From positions 424,344 to 488,343 of the forward strand of contig CAJINV010000013.1 of the NCBI GenBank assembly GCA_905178155.1: a stretch of DNA of 64,000 nt. Reading direction: 5' to 3'. Position 1 is the stretch's first letter. Each line of letters begins with the position of its first letter. Below the pieces are notes generated by a model. The model had not been told where the DNA came from and searched no databases. It saw nothing but the letters and a program-made list of their open reading frames with translations. Positions 46,201 through 59,292 of this stretch are shown piece by piece. The stretch is from Amoebophrya sp. A120. Its lineage: Eukaryota > Protista > Dinoflagellata. The translations under genes and the position numbers were made by a program.

Positions 46201-49200
46201 ATGCCTCCCAGTGTGCCTCCTCCCTCTCAGAAGCACCCTGCTATTCCAGGGACCACGACGGGGAGCGGCAGCACCCCATCGTCCTCTAGCTCTGCTCTAC
46301 CACACGTGGCTCTTAGTGCCAGTGCGTCAACCGCAGCGGGAGCAACCCCTAGCAATGCGAATTCCACCCCTTCTAGTCCGAAGCAAACGAAGAACCCTTT
46401 TTCCTCCACAACGGCTTCGACAGGCGCTGTCCCTCCCAGCAGCACCCACACGTCGCCGACCGCACGCGGGGGTCCTCGTGAAGCGAAGAGCAACACCGCA
46501 ACTACATCTACCAGCAGCACGGCGGCGGTAATAAAGAACCCACCGGATGCTGGTGCGCAGCCAAGCGGTTCTTCGGGATCCACCACTACCAATACCCAGT
46601 CGTCGCAAAAATTGAACCAGGAAATCCAGAACTCCACGACGGAACAGGAGCACGCGCGGATCCACGCACGGCTAAACTGGCTGCAACACGGGCGGTCGAA
46701 GCTGCGGAAGCAGAACAACCAGAAAATCATCATTGCCGCGAACCGGCTACCCGTAACACTGAAGAAAAACCCGGAAACGAACAAGTGGACGGGCACGAAG
46801 TCGTCCGGCGGCCTGGTCACCGGGCTGGCCGCGGTGCGCGGGATGGACATGACGTGGATCGGGTGGCCGGGCTGCGAGGTGCCAGAAGAAGACCGGAAAG
46901 AGGTGCTGCAGCTGCTGAAGTCCTTCAACTGCTACCCGGTTTGGCTGTCGCAGTCGCTGATCAACATGTATTACAACGGTTTCGCGAACAACGTGATCTG
47001 GCCTCTGTTCCACTACGTGATGCCCCCACTGCCGACAAACAGCATCGCCAACAACACCGATGACAACCAGTCCGAGCAGTGGCAGGCCTACGAGTACGCT
47101 AACGAGATGTTCACGAACGCCATTTTCGACTGCTACCACGAGCAGTACAACATGCAACTCCAGCAGGGCCAGCTGTTTTCCTCCAGCACTAATGAGAGTA
47201 CAACCAATAACACGAAAGACAATGCCGCGCTCATCTGGGTGCAGGACTACCACCTGATGCTGGTGCCGAAACTGGTGCGGAACCGCATTCCCGACGCGCA
47301 GATCGGCTGGTTCCTGCACACCCCGTTTCCGGCCTCCGAGTACTACCGGGCGCTGAAGGTGCGGGAGGAGCTGTTGCACGGAGTTTTGTCCGCGAACCTG
47401 GTCGCCTTCCACGTCTACGACTACATCCGGCACTTCCTTTCCTCCGTGGTCCAGCTCACGTCGTTAGAAACCTCCCCGACCGGTGTGGACGCGACGCCCA
47501 TCGGCGGCTGCTTCGTCCGCTGCGCCACCATTCCGATCGGGATCGAGCCCAGCGTGTTTTCGAACGCGTTGTTGCAGCCGGATGTGCTGGAGCAGATCCA
47601 GCTGCTGCAAGAACAGTTTGGCAACCGGAAAGTGATCCTCGGCGTGGACCGATTGGACTACATGAAGGGCATCCCGCACAAACTCCGCGCTTTCGACCGG
47701 TTTCTGCAGGACCACGAGGAGTGGCAGCAGGAGTGCGTGCTCGTGCAGGTGGCGGTCCCGAGCCGGCAGGACGTGCGGGAGTACCAAAAGCTGAAGAAGC
47801 TCGTGCACGAGATGGTGGGCGAGATCTGCGGCCGCCACTCTTCGCTCGCGTCCGGGCCCCCGGTCGTCTATTTGGACAAATCCATCGACCCGCAGGAGCT
47901 GGCCGCCCTGTACCGGATCGCGGACGTGTGTCTGATCACCTCGGTGCGCGACGGGATGAACCTGGTCAGTTACGAGTTCGTCGCGTGTCAAGAGGACAAG
48001 CACGGCGTTCTGATCCTCTCCGAATTCGCCGGCGCTATCCAGTCGCTCGGGGCGGGCAGCATCCGCGTGAACCCCTGGAACTTGTCCGAGACCGCGTCCG
48101 CCATCAACCAGGCCCTGACGATGAACGACGAGGAGAAGGCGGCGCGGCACGAGTACATGTGGCGGACCATCCACAAGTACACCGCGCAGAAGTGGGCGGA
48201 GACCTTTCTCCAAACGTTGAAGGAAGCGTCGTTAGAGTCGGAGGAATTCACGGCACGAGTCCCGCCCCTCCTCCCCTACGAGGACTTCCTCGAGGAGTTG
48301 GCGAACTCGCGGAAGCGCCTCCTGCTGATCGACCTGCTGGACTGTTTAGTGCCCAGCAAGCTGAAAAAGGACTTGCCAATGAAGCTGTACCAGTCGCTGC
48401 TGATCATCCCGTCGCAGGTGCTGGAAGTTTTGCAGTCCCTCGCGTACGACGAAGACACGGTGATCGTCATCGTCTCCATGCACCAGCAGCCCGTGATGGA
48501 GCGGCTGTTCGGGCATTTGAGCGGAAAAGTGATTCTCGCCGCGGAGAACGGGTGCGTGTACCGCAATCTGGACAACACGAGCAGCTCCAGCCACGTGACG
48601 ACAAATTGGAAATCCTCCGTCGACGAGGACATCACACAGAACAGCAACATGGAGGAGTGGATGGAGGGTTGCATGGAGGTGTTCACGTACTTCAAGGAGC
48701 GCACCCCGGGGTCCTACACGGAGAAGGCGGAGTACAGCGTGCAGTGGTACTACGACAACACGCAGGCGGATTTTGGCGCGCAGCAGGCCCGGGAGCTGTT
48801 GATCTACCTGTGGGCGGGGCCGCTGATGAATTCGGAAGCGGAGGTGGTCCCCGGGACCAAGGCGGTGATGGTGCGGCCGCACGGGACCAGCCGCGCGGCG
48901 AACATCGTGTCCATCCTGAAAAAGGAGCTGGGCATGACCAAATTGGAGGAAATCGACTTCTGTGCCTGCTTCGCCGAGGTGCCGTTTCGGGACGACAGCG
49001 TCTTCGAGGCGATAGAGGAAGTATTATTGATGTCTGAGCAGCAGCAGCAGCAAAACGCGAAAAACGACTCCAAACAGGACAGCGCGCTGGCCACGGTAAA
49101 TGAGGAGGACCATCACGGGAATTATGGCAGCAGCGGAGGACAAAATAACGCTGATGACGTATCCTGAATGAAAAAAGCGTAGTACCAACATGGCAGTTTT

Positions 49201-51316
49201 GCTACATGCATCCAAGCATTTTACCATCCAGATTTAAGCATGACAAGTTCATCTCAGATGGCGTGAGAATTAAGTTCTCTTCATAAAGATCGATGCGCAT
49301 GACGAGACATCACATTCTGGTCATGCACATTTGCGTCACAAACACAAAGATCATGTGGGTACGACGTTCTTTATACACAGGATATGCCGGGGGTAACAAT
49401 AACCATGCGGAGGACCACCACGACGATCACGGACACGACGAGGTATCCTGAGAAAAAAGTGATACGGTTACACACGACTCTGATGGAAGACAAGCAAGAC
49501 AGACAACCTCTGTCATGCAGGAAATGCTTGTCAGGGTCAGCCCCATTTCATTCGTGTTTTCCGTTATAGTCTGCGCATCACAGGTTTTCTTTGCCATGTC
49601 GAGCAACTTTGTGATGCAGAAACTCCAACAAATGTGTGACTGAAACACTTTTTTCCTGTGATACGAGGAAGGAATGCATCAGTACCAGCACCAGGTACAG
49701 GATATGGCTTGCTCAGATGTTACAATCTCAAACGTTACAATAGAATCTGGAATTTGTGTTGCATGAACAGCATGAGTACCATACAGAGACTTGGGCTTTT
49801 CGCAATACAAATTTCGTCAGATTCTCATGGGGTTTGGAGCTCCGAAACTTGTCATGCGCGCTCCTTTGGGAGTAGGTCAGATGTTGCGCATTTTGCAACA
49901 CAGATTCCAGATTCTATTGTAACGTTTGAGATTCTAACACCTGAGCGGGTTATACAGGACAACCCGCTTTTAACCCAGGCGGTAAAATCGCATCTGGAGG
50001 ATATGATGACCTGCGAAGACTCGCCGCACTTGGAGGACGAGCAGAAGATCAACAAGTTGCAAGAGGTGGTGGTTATGGTGAACAACGAAATGTGCTTCGA
50101 CGTGAGCCAGCAGGAAGTCGAGGAGGCGCCGCCGCCGCCCTACGAAGACGAATCCACTGCGAACGCGGGCGGGGACAACAAAAACGGTACCGCGACAACA
50201 GGAGCGAGTGAGCAAGTGTCGGTAGTACCCTCTACGGTACCACAGGCAAATGTGGTTTTGGTTCCAAAGGACGACAATAACACGATTGCCTGCATCATCC
50301 CACCAAAGTACGATTTCGAGTACGTCGCGCGGTATGATCTGCTTCCCAGCAGCAACAGCAACACCGGTGAGCAAACCGCTGATGGTGTTTCAAGTAGTAA
50401 AAGCGGAAGAAATTATGCCGCGGACGGGGCGGGCAGAAGTGTCGGAGATGGTGCAAGAACAGACACGGTAGTTTGTGATCAAGATGGCACGACACGAAGA
50501 GACTTTGTGGAAAATAAGCAAAGAAGCCCCAAGCAAAATAACCCGCAAAATGACGACAATGCCGACGTTTCCTCCGTCGCGACGCCAGATTACCCGCACG
50601 ACGACCAGGAGCTCTGGCCGCATCCAGACGCGTTCGAAGCGCCGCCGTCCTACGAGGAAGTGGTGGGACCACTCGGGTCAAAGTTGACGAAGAGGCAGTT
50701 ACTTCGCTATCCGGACGCAAAGGAGCAGATGCCGCTACTTCGGCACCTCCCTCACTCGGGGAGTACTGGTGTTGTGGCCGACTACCTGCACACCAGCCCC
50801 CGACTCCCCGCACAACAGATAATGGGGAACGAGAACAATCTGATGGCTGTTGACGGCGCAGGAACAAACTCAGGACTTCTACAGGGGGAGAATTTGATGT
50901 ATGCGGCGCAGCACATACAGATCGCCAGTCCGGACAAGGAGTTCGATGGCGCTTCACATGCAACTGCTGCAGATCCTCCTCCAAGTACTATGTCCACGAA
51001 CAACGAAAAGGACCACCCGCACAGCAATACCGATAACAACAACAGCCAGCAAGTCTCCTACTTCAGTGTGTCACTTGGCAAGCAGCCCAGTCGTGCGCGC
51101 TACAGCCTGCCGAACCCCTACCACGTGCAAAACCTGCTGCAAAGCATTGTGGAGCGGCTGAAAATTCAAAAACTAGAATCTTCGGCGGGAAACAACCTCG
51201 AGGACAGCGGCGTCGCGCAGCGGTTCTTCGAAAAGCAGCAGGCGGGAGAGAAGCAACGGTCACGCGCAGTTTTGGTTGGCCCCGAGGGAGAACCGGGAGC
51301 AAATCTGTTTCGGTGA
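46201..51316 (+). CDS. TPS: Trehalose-6-phosphate synthase (GT20) fused to a degenerate HAD trehalose-phosphatase domain
   Basis: NRLP, SSGGLV, YYNGFANNVIWPLFHY, WVQDYHL, FLHTPFP, GVDRLDYMKGI, VPSR, DGMNLVSYEF. The TPP part has LAAENG and ERTPGS. Removing three introners links ORF 46201 to ORF 49658, which carries the terminal SVSLGKQPSRARYSL motif. Confidence 0.93.
49160..49384. mobile_element. 225-bp TIR introner
   Basis: tatcctgaatgaaaaaagcgtagtacc ... gggtacgacgttctttatacacaggata; flanks tgacg/tgccg. Confidence 0.85.
49444..49663. mobile_element. 220-bp TIR introner
   Basis: tatcctgagaaaaaagtg ... cactttttttcctgtgata; perfect duplication cgagg. Confidence 0.88.
49703..49954. mobile_element. 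252-bp introner with about 60-bp TIR
   Basis: tatggcttgctcagatgttacaatctcaaacgttacaatagaatctggaat ... attccagattctattgtaacgtttgagattctaacacctgagcgggttata; perfect duplication cagga. Confidence 0.9.
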
Positions 51317-52045
51317 AGGCCTTCTTGAAGTTGAACGCAATGGACTCAAACACAGACAGAGACACTCAAATATCAGTACTGGACAAGACCACCGGGAATA
51401 CAGAAATGTGTGAATAGGCAAAAATCAGAAACAAAATGTTCTTATTTTGAGTGGTCACGAACAAATCAATCTGGAAATGCCCCACATGGCAATGAGAACA
51501 AAACTCAAAGAAATGAGATTAATCGTGCTGAAAAGGAGCCTGCCTTTATGGTTTTACTTGTGTCCGAAATTGTTGTGTTCTGCTACTCCACCTTTCCCAT
51601 TGACACACCATGTTTGTCTCCTGGCATGGGCCACAACAATTTTTCTGTTTGTGTCTGCTCATGGAAGATGCTTTTGCAAAACAAAATCCCATTCGCAATT
51701 TTCGCGTTGCTTTGTTTTCGTCCTGGTTGCTCAGTACCTTATGCTGTTGAAATATACGGTACAATGCGTATGATATCGTAAGCACAGTCCGAAGAACTTC
51801 AATTACTTAGCTAGGAATTACTTATTAAGATTCGTGTACTTATTCAGCCATACTTGAAGTGTAAACATCTAGACTTTTAGACACGGATGCTCTACTGCCA
51901 ACTCCCTAATACGGTTACACGGCTACTAGAGTAGACGTTGATTACGATGAAGTCCCAATGGCGAGCTTGACGAGTCGCTGCACTATACTGGATTTTTTCT
52001 CGTACCGCGTAGTTGGTGCAGTACGAAAATAAGCCAAGCAAGACC

Positions 52046-53923
52046 ATGACGGCTGTGTTTGGCAAGAGTCCGCCGCCCGCCCGGACACCCGACCATGCGG
52101 TGGCCTCGTCCCCCGGGGCAAAAAGCGGGTCCGCCAGCAGAAGGAACAGGCCGAGCCAAAGTTTGGACGAGATTGGCAAACCGGCCGTGGTTGGAGAGCA
52201 TACTCTCCCACCGAAGGGTACCACAGCAACACCAACCCGGTTGCAAGCGACGCCAGTGCACCAGCAGAACTCGAGCAGTAGCCACGCTTCGAAGGTGTCC
52301 GTCGGCAGTCACCACTCCCACGGCGGAGCAAACGACATGGAAAATCTGCGGTCCAGGGTGCGGCACATCGAGAAAAGGATAGTATTCATGAATTTGATTT
52401 TTAACATAAAATATTGATCTGTTTTCTTCTCGCTGGGATACAGCTCTTATTTGCTTTGATCTTCGATTCATCCTAAGTAGTGACTGTTCGCGTAAGTACG
52501 GGTCCAGCCCGATTCGTGTTCGTGCATGACCAAAAATTCCGCTTCCAGGTTGCCTACGAGCAAACCGAATCGGATTTGGTTTACTCCTTTTTGGAAGCCT
52601 GGTTCTCACCGAAATCTGCGGAGGTGGTGTTGCAGCTCCTCTCGCTGGTTTTCGTCGCAACCTTTGTCTACGCGCTTGCCCTGCTGACGATCATCAACTA
52701 CGAGCTGGCCAGCATCAAGGAGGACTTCAAGCTGGACGAGAAAACCGCGACGTATTCCGAGTATTTTTCGCGGCTCTTCTCGGAGAAGATTCTGAAGCAG
52801 GTGCTCAACAAGTTCGACTTTGCCAAGGGGCCCATTTACGGGACAATTTCCCTTTGCATCTCCGTGGTATTCTACGTCATTGGGACGATTTTCTCCATCA
52901 TCGGCAATTTCATCATGCAGACGGTCTTTTCCGTGCTCGTCATGGTGTTCGCCGGCATGATCTGCTACTGGAGCCTGTTCGAAAGGCACGACACCACGCT
53001 GGAGGCGTTTCTGAAGAAGCATCTGTCCTGGTGCCTGGTGTTGCTCCCCAAGCCGATGGAGGGCGTGGTGCGAAAAATTCCCACGGTCGCCGTGCTACAG
53101 TTCCTCAGTAAAGTGGCTGCGAAGAGGGGGCGGGATAAAGAAGAGGAGGAAAAGGAAGCCGGTGCAGTAGAGCGAGACCCTGGGACGATCGTGGACGACC
53201 GCACCGGACGTCGTGATCATGGGGCCTACGTGATGTCTCAGCCAGAGTACGACGAAATCTCAGCCCCCTTACTCACCGCAGAAGAGGCAGAGGTGCAAGC
53301 AAGAAAGCTAGAGGAGCAAGCAAAGCGGATTCGGTACAGGTTTTTGAAGATAGATTTCCGCGACGGCAACACTAGTACAGATGCAATTATTCATTATTCT
53401 TCAATGCTGATCATCATCATTCTACCAGCTTGTTTTCTCAGCGCTGTACCACTGTGATCACCAAATGTATCTTTGAAATGTCAACAAAAAATGCGAAACA
53501 ATTTTATGCAGACGCAGTAGCCTTGGTGGCTTTCCAAATTTTCCGATTCCGAACCACGCTGAGGAGTCTTCTTTTTCCGCAGAAGGTGCACATTCACTGC
53601 AACCCCGTGGTTCGGCCGCCGAGCAGCAAGAACCTAACTCCTCATCATCGCAAATACACAACGCAAGCTCGTTCCAGTCGACGGCTTCAACGGCGTCTTT
53701 TCCTCCACTGGAAATAAATCACGACAGCAGTACTTCTACCGCAGGAGGAGCTCCAACTTCCTTCCGTCCCCCACCAAGAACAGCGGGTTTACCAGGAGGC
53801 GACAGCGTCAGCTCTGCGGTTACTGCAGCCGCGGAAATGGAGATCGACGCCGATGACGTCAGCGCAGTGAGCAGTAGTGGAGTGTCATCCACTTCGGGCA
53901 CTAGTAACTCGGACGCAACGTGA
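52046..53923 (+). CDS. Hypothetical multi-pass membrane protein
   Basis: GT-AG intron 52382-52548 joins EKRI|VAYEQ; about three hydrophobic helices. The last exon (53583-53923) is inferred and its donor site is uncertain. Confidence 0.65.
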
Positions 53924-54670
53924 AGTTGTAAAGTTCTCCTGGGTGCTCGTGCTGCTCGTTCTGCTGCTATTGCCATCTTCCAGCTAAGTCGCATAAGTAC
54001 TAGCAGGACCTGTAGCTGCTCGGTTCCACATTTTAGTGACTGCGACGACGACTCAATTTTGCATTGGACAACATCCAAACATGTTGACAAGCGACCACCA
54101 CATAGCGACGACCAACGAAAAGCGACAATTGCAAATATCAATCAAAATTGATTGTGGTACAAACTGGCAAAATCAAAATCAAAATGTCCAGTAAGGCGGA
54201 AGAACCGAAATAAAGCTTTGTTCAGATTCATACGGAGAGAAGATGTTGACTTTTCTTCCATTTGTAACGCACTTCTTTCTTCCCGCACGTGGCTGTTGAT
54301 CTTCTGGAGTGCAGTAGGTTCTTCTGTCAAGGATAAATTTTTACTGACGGGTCTTCATGACAACCAGAAAAAAGGAGAACAAGGAAAATCTTTCACTGTT
54401 GCAGACATATCGTACGAGCGCGCTGCATTCTTTTTTCAAACAGAAAAATCTAGGGACAATTCAGAAAGTGAGATGTCGCTCACACAATTTTTTCAGGAGG
54501 GCACCAACGACAACAAATTAAGCATCAAAGAAAAAAATCATGCAGTGTTAGCCTGAAAGTAGACAAAGACGTAGATGAGCGACTCGACAGTACAAAGTCT
54601 TACTGTCTGAGGATTCAATCTTCCATCGCCACGACACGACATCAGATCGAAATCTTTTTCAGACACAAAA

Positions 54671-57600
54671 ATGTCGACGCCCGCGGCTTCCCTGATCGCG
54701 GCGGCCGAGACCTCCGCCGAATCCGGGCCAGCCTGCAAGCTGAAGAATCCAACTTCACCTCCGCAGCAGTACAAGCTGGGCGAAAAAGTGCTTTTCTTCT
54801 ACGACTTCCAGCATTCTGAACGGTCGGTCCGGTACGTCCTCGCGCGCAGGTCGATGCAATTTTTCGGCACGGCGGATCCCATCGGGTCGAAAGCGAACAG
54901 TTGCAGTGGCGATCTTGAGGATAGCGCAGGAGTGGTTGATGCCGCATCTTCACCACGCAAAGGACTACACACACTACAGGACGAGGAGCAACAGCTAAAA
55001 GAGCTGGAAAGTAAAACCTTTAGCGCGGCCGCGGAGAAAAGCATTTGCGTTGACAAGGAACACGTTGTTGAACCATCAGCAAACGAAGCTGTGCTTTCTG
55101 GTGCATCGTATTCTTCTGCCCACCATCAAGCCGAGGTGCAAAGTCCGCCTCTGGGGAAAGATGGGGACGAGCGGGCTGAAATTGCACAACTGAAAACTGA
55201 AATAGTCAACAGCACAGCAGAAGATGAAATTTCCAATCAAATGAATAAACTCGGCGAAAGCGGCGCTGCGAACAAGGTAGCCGCTGCGATGACTCAAAAT
55301 AATTTTTCCAAGGCCGAAATTGTAAACGCCGAAGACGGCGACCGACCATCAAACGACAGAACAAGAGCACCGAGTTCTTGCTTGCAACAGCAGCAGCAGG
55401 AGCAGCACCTCACCACCTTGTTAGAGTCCACGTCGCCGACGACTAGCTACAATCTGGCGGAGGAAGTCGACCAGGTCATCGACGAGAGAAAGTCGAAAGT
55501 AAAAGAGGTGGACCAGGAGATGAAAAAATGCAAGGAAGACGGAACCGACCTTGACCTTGCGAGTGACCAGACCCGCGCAGAAGTCGATTTTATCAGCAAT
55601 ATTGATGTTGTACCAGCAACCGCGGATGAGGAACATCAAAAGGAGCACCAGCAAGCGCAGCTGCCCTCCAACTCGTCCGATGATCCGTCCAATGCTGCCG
55701 TAGACAAAAACAACGAGTACAGCACCACTTCTTACTACCAGGACTTTGACGCCGCCGAAGCGAAACTGATGGATGAGGAGCGGGAGTACTTGAAGCGCCC
55801 GATCTGGGGCATGACGCACGGCTGGGTCCCCGGCGTCATTGCGAACGTGTACTACGATGAAGTGGCAGACGAGGAGCAGGGGGAAAGTGAAAAAGAAGGC
55901 CCGCCGGCGGCAAACGGAGAACCAAGTGCAGCAAATAACATTGAAAACAAAACACCCCAGACGTCGTCGTCCGCCAGTACAACAAGAATCTCTTGCGTCA
56001 CCGTAAAGCTTCTGGACGAAGACGACTACGCATTTGTCGAGGCGGGGGAAGGCTGGGTCGAGAAGAACTACGAGTTCAGAATCTACGACTGGGAAAAAAT
56101 GATCCAGAAAATCGATTCATTGCCAGTTGCGGTGGATGAAAGTGAAACCAATGAGGAAAATCAGCAGAACACGAAAGTAATAAGGCCAGGTCCTGTAGTA
56201 CTGCTATCCGCACAGGACCAAGGTGATCAAGCTTCGGCCACCGCGACAGAAGTTGAAGTGAACGCTCTAGGTGCAGCAGGGCCGGTTCTCGCAGCTACGC
56301 AAGGACAACATGATGCCGCACGAGCAACAGGCACAATGGAAGAAGTGGGAAAAAACTGCCCAACGACTTCTTCTGTTGACCCTGCTGATCCTGCTCAACT
56401 AGCAACTCACGTGGCGTCTGGAGCACAGTCTGCAGCGACGTTTTCCTCTCCGCCTGAAGAGAGCACTAGTTCTTCCACAGAGCAGCAGAGTCCGAGCGGC
56501 GCAGCAACCGCGAATGTTCTTCAGGACAAACAAGGGGTACTTTTGCAAGCGATGCGGGACATCAAAAGCAAGAAGCCAAAGGTCTCGCTGTTCCTCGTCC
56601 GGTACTTCGACTACTGGACGGACAAACGCAGGTCGGAGTACAAGATTTCCCAGGAGTGGCCCATGTTCAGCTTGTTCGAGCACAGCGGGGTGAAGGCCTG
56701 TTTCGGCACGGAATTCGAGGCCTACCAGCTGTTTGTAAAGAACGAGGCGTGTTTGGCCAACTTTGTGAAGGATTTCATCGGCGAGACCGACCACTACGAG
56801 TACGACTTTGCGAAAAAAATTTTGAAAGCGGACACCAAAGTGGGGCTCTACTACTTGTGGCCCTGCCAGCAAAAGAGGATCGAGGAGGATTTAGTAGTGG
56901 ACAGCAACAACTTCTCATCTGCTAATACATTCTACAAGTCCACGTCGCAGTACACAACAAGAACCTCTTCGTCCACCTTCTTCCCCAAGTCCAATTTGAT
57001 GGCCGGCATGGTGGAGGAGCGGAAGTTTTTCGACTTTTTAGAAACGATCGAGAGCACGGAGATCCAGACGCGGTACCCGGCACCAGCGAGTCTGTACCGG
57101 CAGTTGTGCGGCAAGCAGTACTACAACGCGAGCTGTTTGCAGAAGTCGATGAAGGTTCCCGCCACCTGTCGGGTGTTCGCGGCCGCCATCCGAAAGGACC
57201 CGGTTCGCGCCGCGGAAAACGCATTGGCAACGTTGAACAAGATCCGGGAGACGGTGTGGGACGGGAAGGGGTTTTTAGGCGAGGACTTGAAGAAGACCAG
57301 GCAAGCAGACGAAAACAACTCAAGTATTAGGTCTAAGTTGTCAACAAAGTCTTCTAGTACAACTGCGGATGCTGCTCGTACTGTTCTTCAGAGTTCGGAC
57401 AGCAGAAGAGAAGTTTCATCTGGTAGGACGGCGGGAAGCAAAATTTCCGCCTCCTCTAGTACCGCGGGCGCCCCCGACGTTTTCGCCTTCGAAGATATCA
57501 AATCCGACTCGAAAACAACAACCGCATCGTCTTCTTCCGGTGGCGCAACGAGCGGCTCACGGGCGTCTGCACCGGGGTCTCCAGATGTTGACTACTGCCC

Positions 57601-59292
57601 GGATCGGTCTTGCGAACAAGCTGTAGTGCTGCCGGCCGAGGAAAGCCACGCAGCGGTCCCAAGAACATCTCCTGCAGCTGCGTTACCTGCCGAAGAAGTT
57701 GCCTCTTCAGACGTTGTTTTAAACATCGTCGAGAACAACAAGAAGCCAGAGGAGAAAGTTTTCCCGTACGTGAACTCCGGTGTGGTAAAACTAGGGTTTT
57801 CGTGGATGGGCGTCGATGTCGAGAAGTTTGACGGCGTGACCGACTTGGCCGAAAAGTTGACGAAGATGATCAACCGCAGCGAGGGCCAGATTGCCACCTC
57901 CGTTCTCGTGCAGGAGCTGGTGCCGCACCGAGTCGCGGAACTGCGGATTCACGCGTTCTGTGTGCCCGAGGAAAATAGGTTTCGGAAACCCGTGAAAAGG
58001 CCGGGAGACGGTAAGGAAACGACTCAGAAGATTATACCTGCGTCGGCCAGTTGTTGTGCTGATGAGCAGGAAATGAATGGAAACAACCTCAAGATGAACA
58101 ATCCAGAACGTCGTCCCAACAACTCCCTCGAAGAAACGAACTGCGAAGCGAAAACAGCGGAACATCAAGAGGCAGAAAACAACAGCTTCGCGGAGTACAG
58201 CCAGCAAATAACGCAGGATGGCAATTTCGATATGAAAGTCGTTTACCTCCCGCTGAACGGTGCCAATGGGTTTGCAATGACGGGACACCAGTGCATCACG
58301 CCGGCGGAGGCGCTGGAACAGATCTGGAACAACGATCGAGTGGCCCAGGAGATGGCGGAAAAGGAAGCCAGGGAATTAACAAGACAGTGGTAAGATACGA
58401 TTTCTTTTTATTCTTTCCGTCTACGTTGTATCGGAAATGAAACACTTACGATCATGAAGATGAACTCGCCTAGGAATTCTTGTTTCACGCAAGGCATTTG
58501 TACGAATCGCATAAACAAATGGATGGTCGTTGTTCGCCACGATTTGCACAATTCATGATGAAAAACAAAAATGCACAAAGGTTGAGATGGTATGCGTCAG
58601 AGTGGTCCGACAATCTGTGCCCTGCAAACGCCCGATTCGATTACCATGTGGTTTACCGAAGCGATAAGTCAAGGAGTGGAAGCAAGACGACCAATGAGGT
58701 TGTGTCCAGCACTGTTAATGGTATTTCATCAGCATCTTGCAGCAGCACAAGCGAGAAAAATAGCGACCGCACGGTAGAGCCTTCGAAACCCGAACCCCTT
58801 GCGACTACAATTTCTACATCCGGTAACACGAGACGAAAAGCAGTACACGAACAGGCGGACACGACATCATCTTTAGACACGGCAAACAAAGAAAGCGACA
58901 ACACGGTCTTCGAACTACAGGACAGACATAGTAAACTGCCCCCGTCCCCCATTTCATCCTGTACTTCTACACAGCCTGTAACATCAAATGCAACAGCGTC
59001 TTCTACTTCTCATTACAACGACAGGACAACACCAGCAACACCAGCACAGCAATCTTCAACCGTGGAACAAATAAATGCGTCGAAGGTTGGTCCCTCACTT
59101 TTTTTGTGTGAGGTGACAGAGTGCGGCGCCAGTCTTTGCGGCTTTCCGATTGAAAGCCGCAACACCGCGATCGTTAACTCGTTCGGGTGCAGAGGTTATT
59201 CCCTGGACTGGCCTGTGGGGGACTGGGATACTTTTGCAGAAAAAGACGAAGCCTCGGGGCGAATGTTCTACCATTGGCCTGGGAATTCTTAG
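54671..59292 (+). CDS. ATP-grasp-like protein with long low-complexity inserts
   Basis: RYPAPASLYRQLCGKQY, GVVKLGFSWMGVDV, LVQELVP..ELRIH, RFDYHV and LCEVTECGASL follow ATP-grasp motif order. GT-AG intron 58390-58580 joins RQW|LRWY. Confidence 0.65.

Noticed and set aside
46227-49094. Long overlapping ORFs (46227-, 46747-, 47464-, 47721+, 48346-)
   Set aside because: These are antisense or off-frame shadows of the GC3-rich TPS exon and carry no recognisable motifs.
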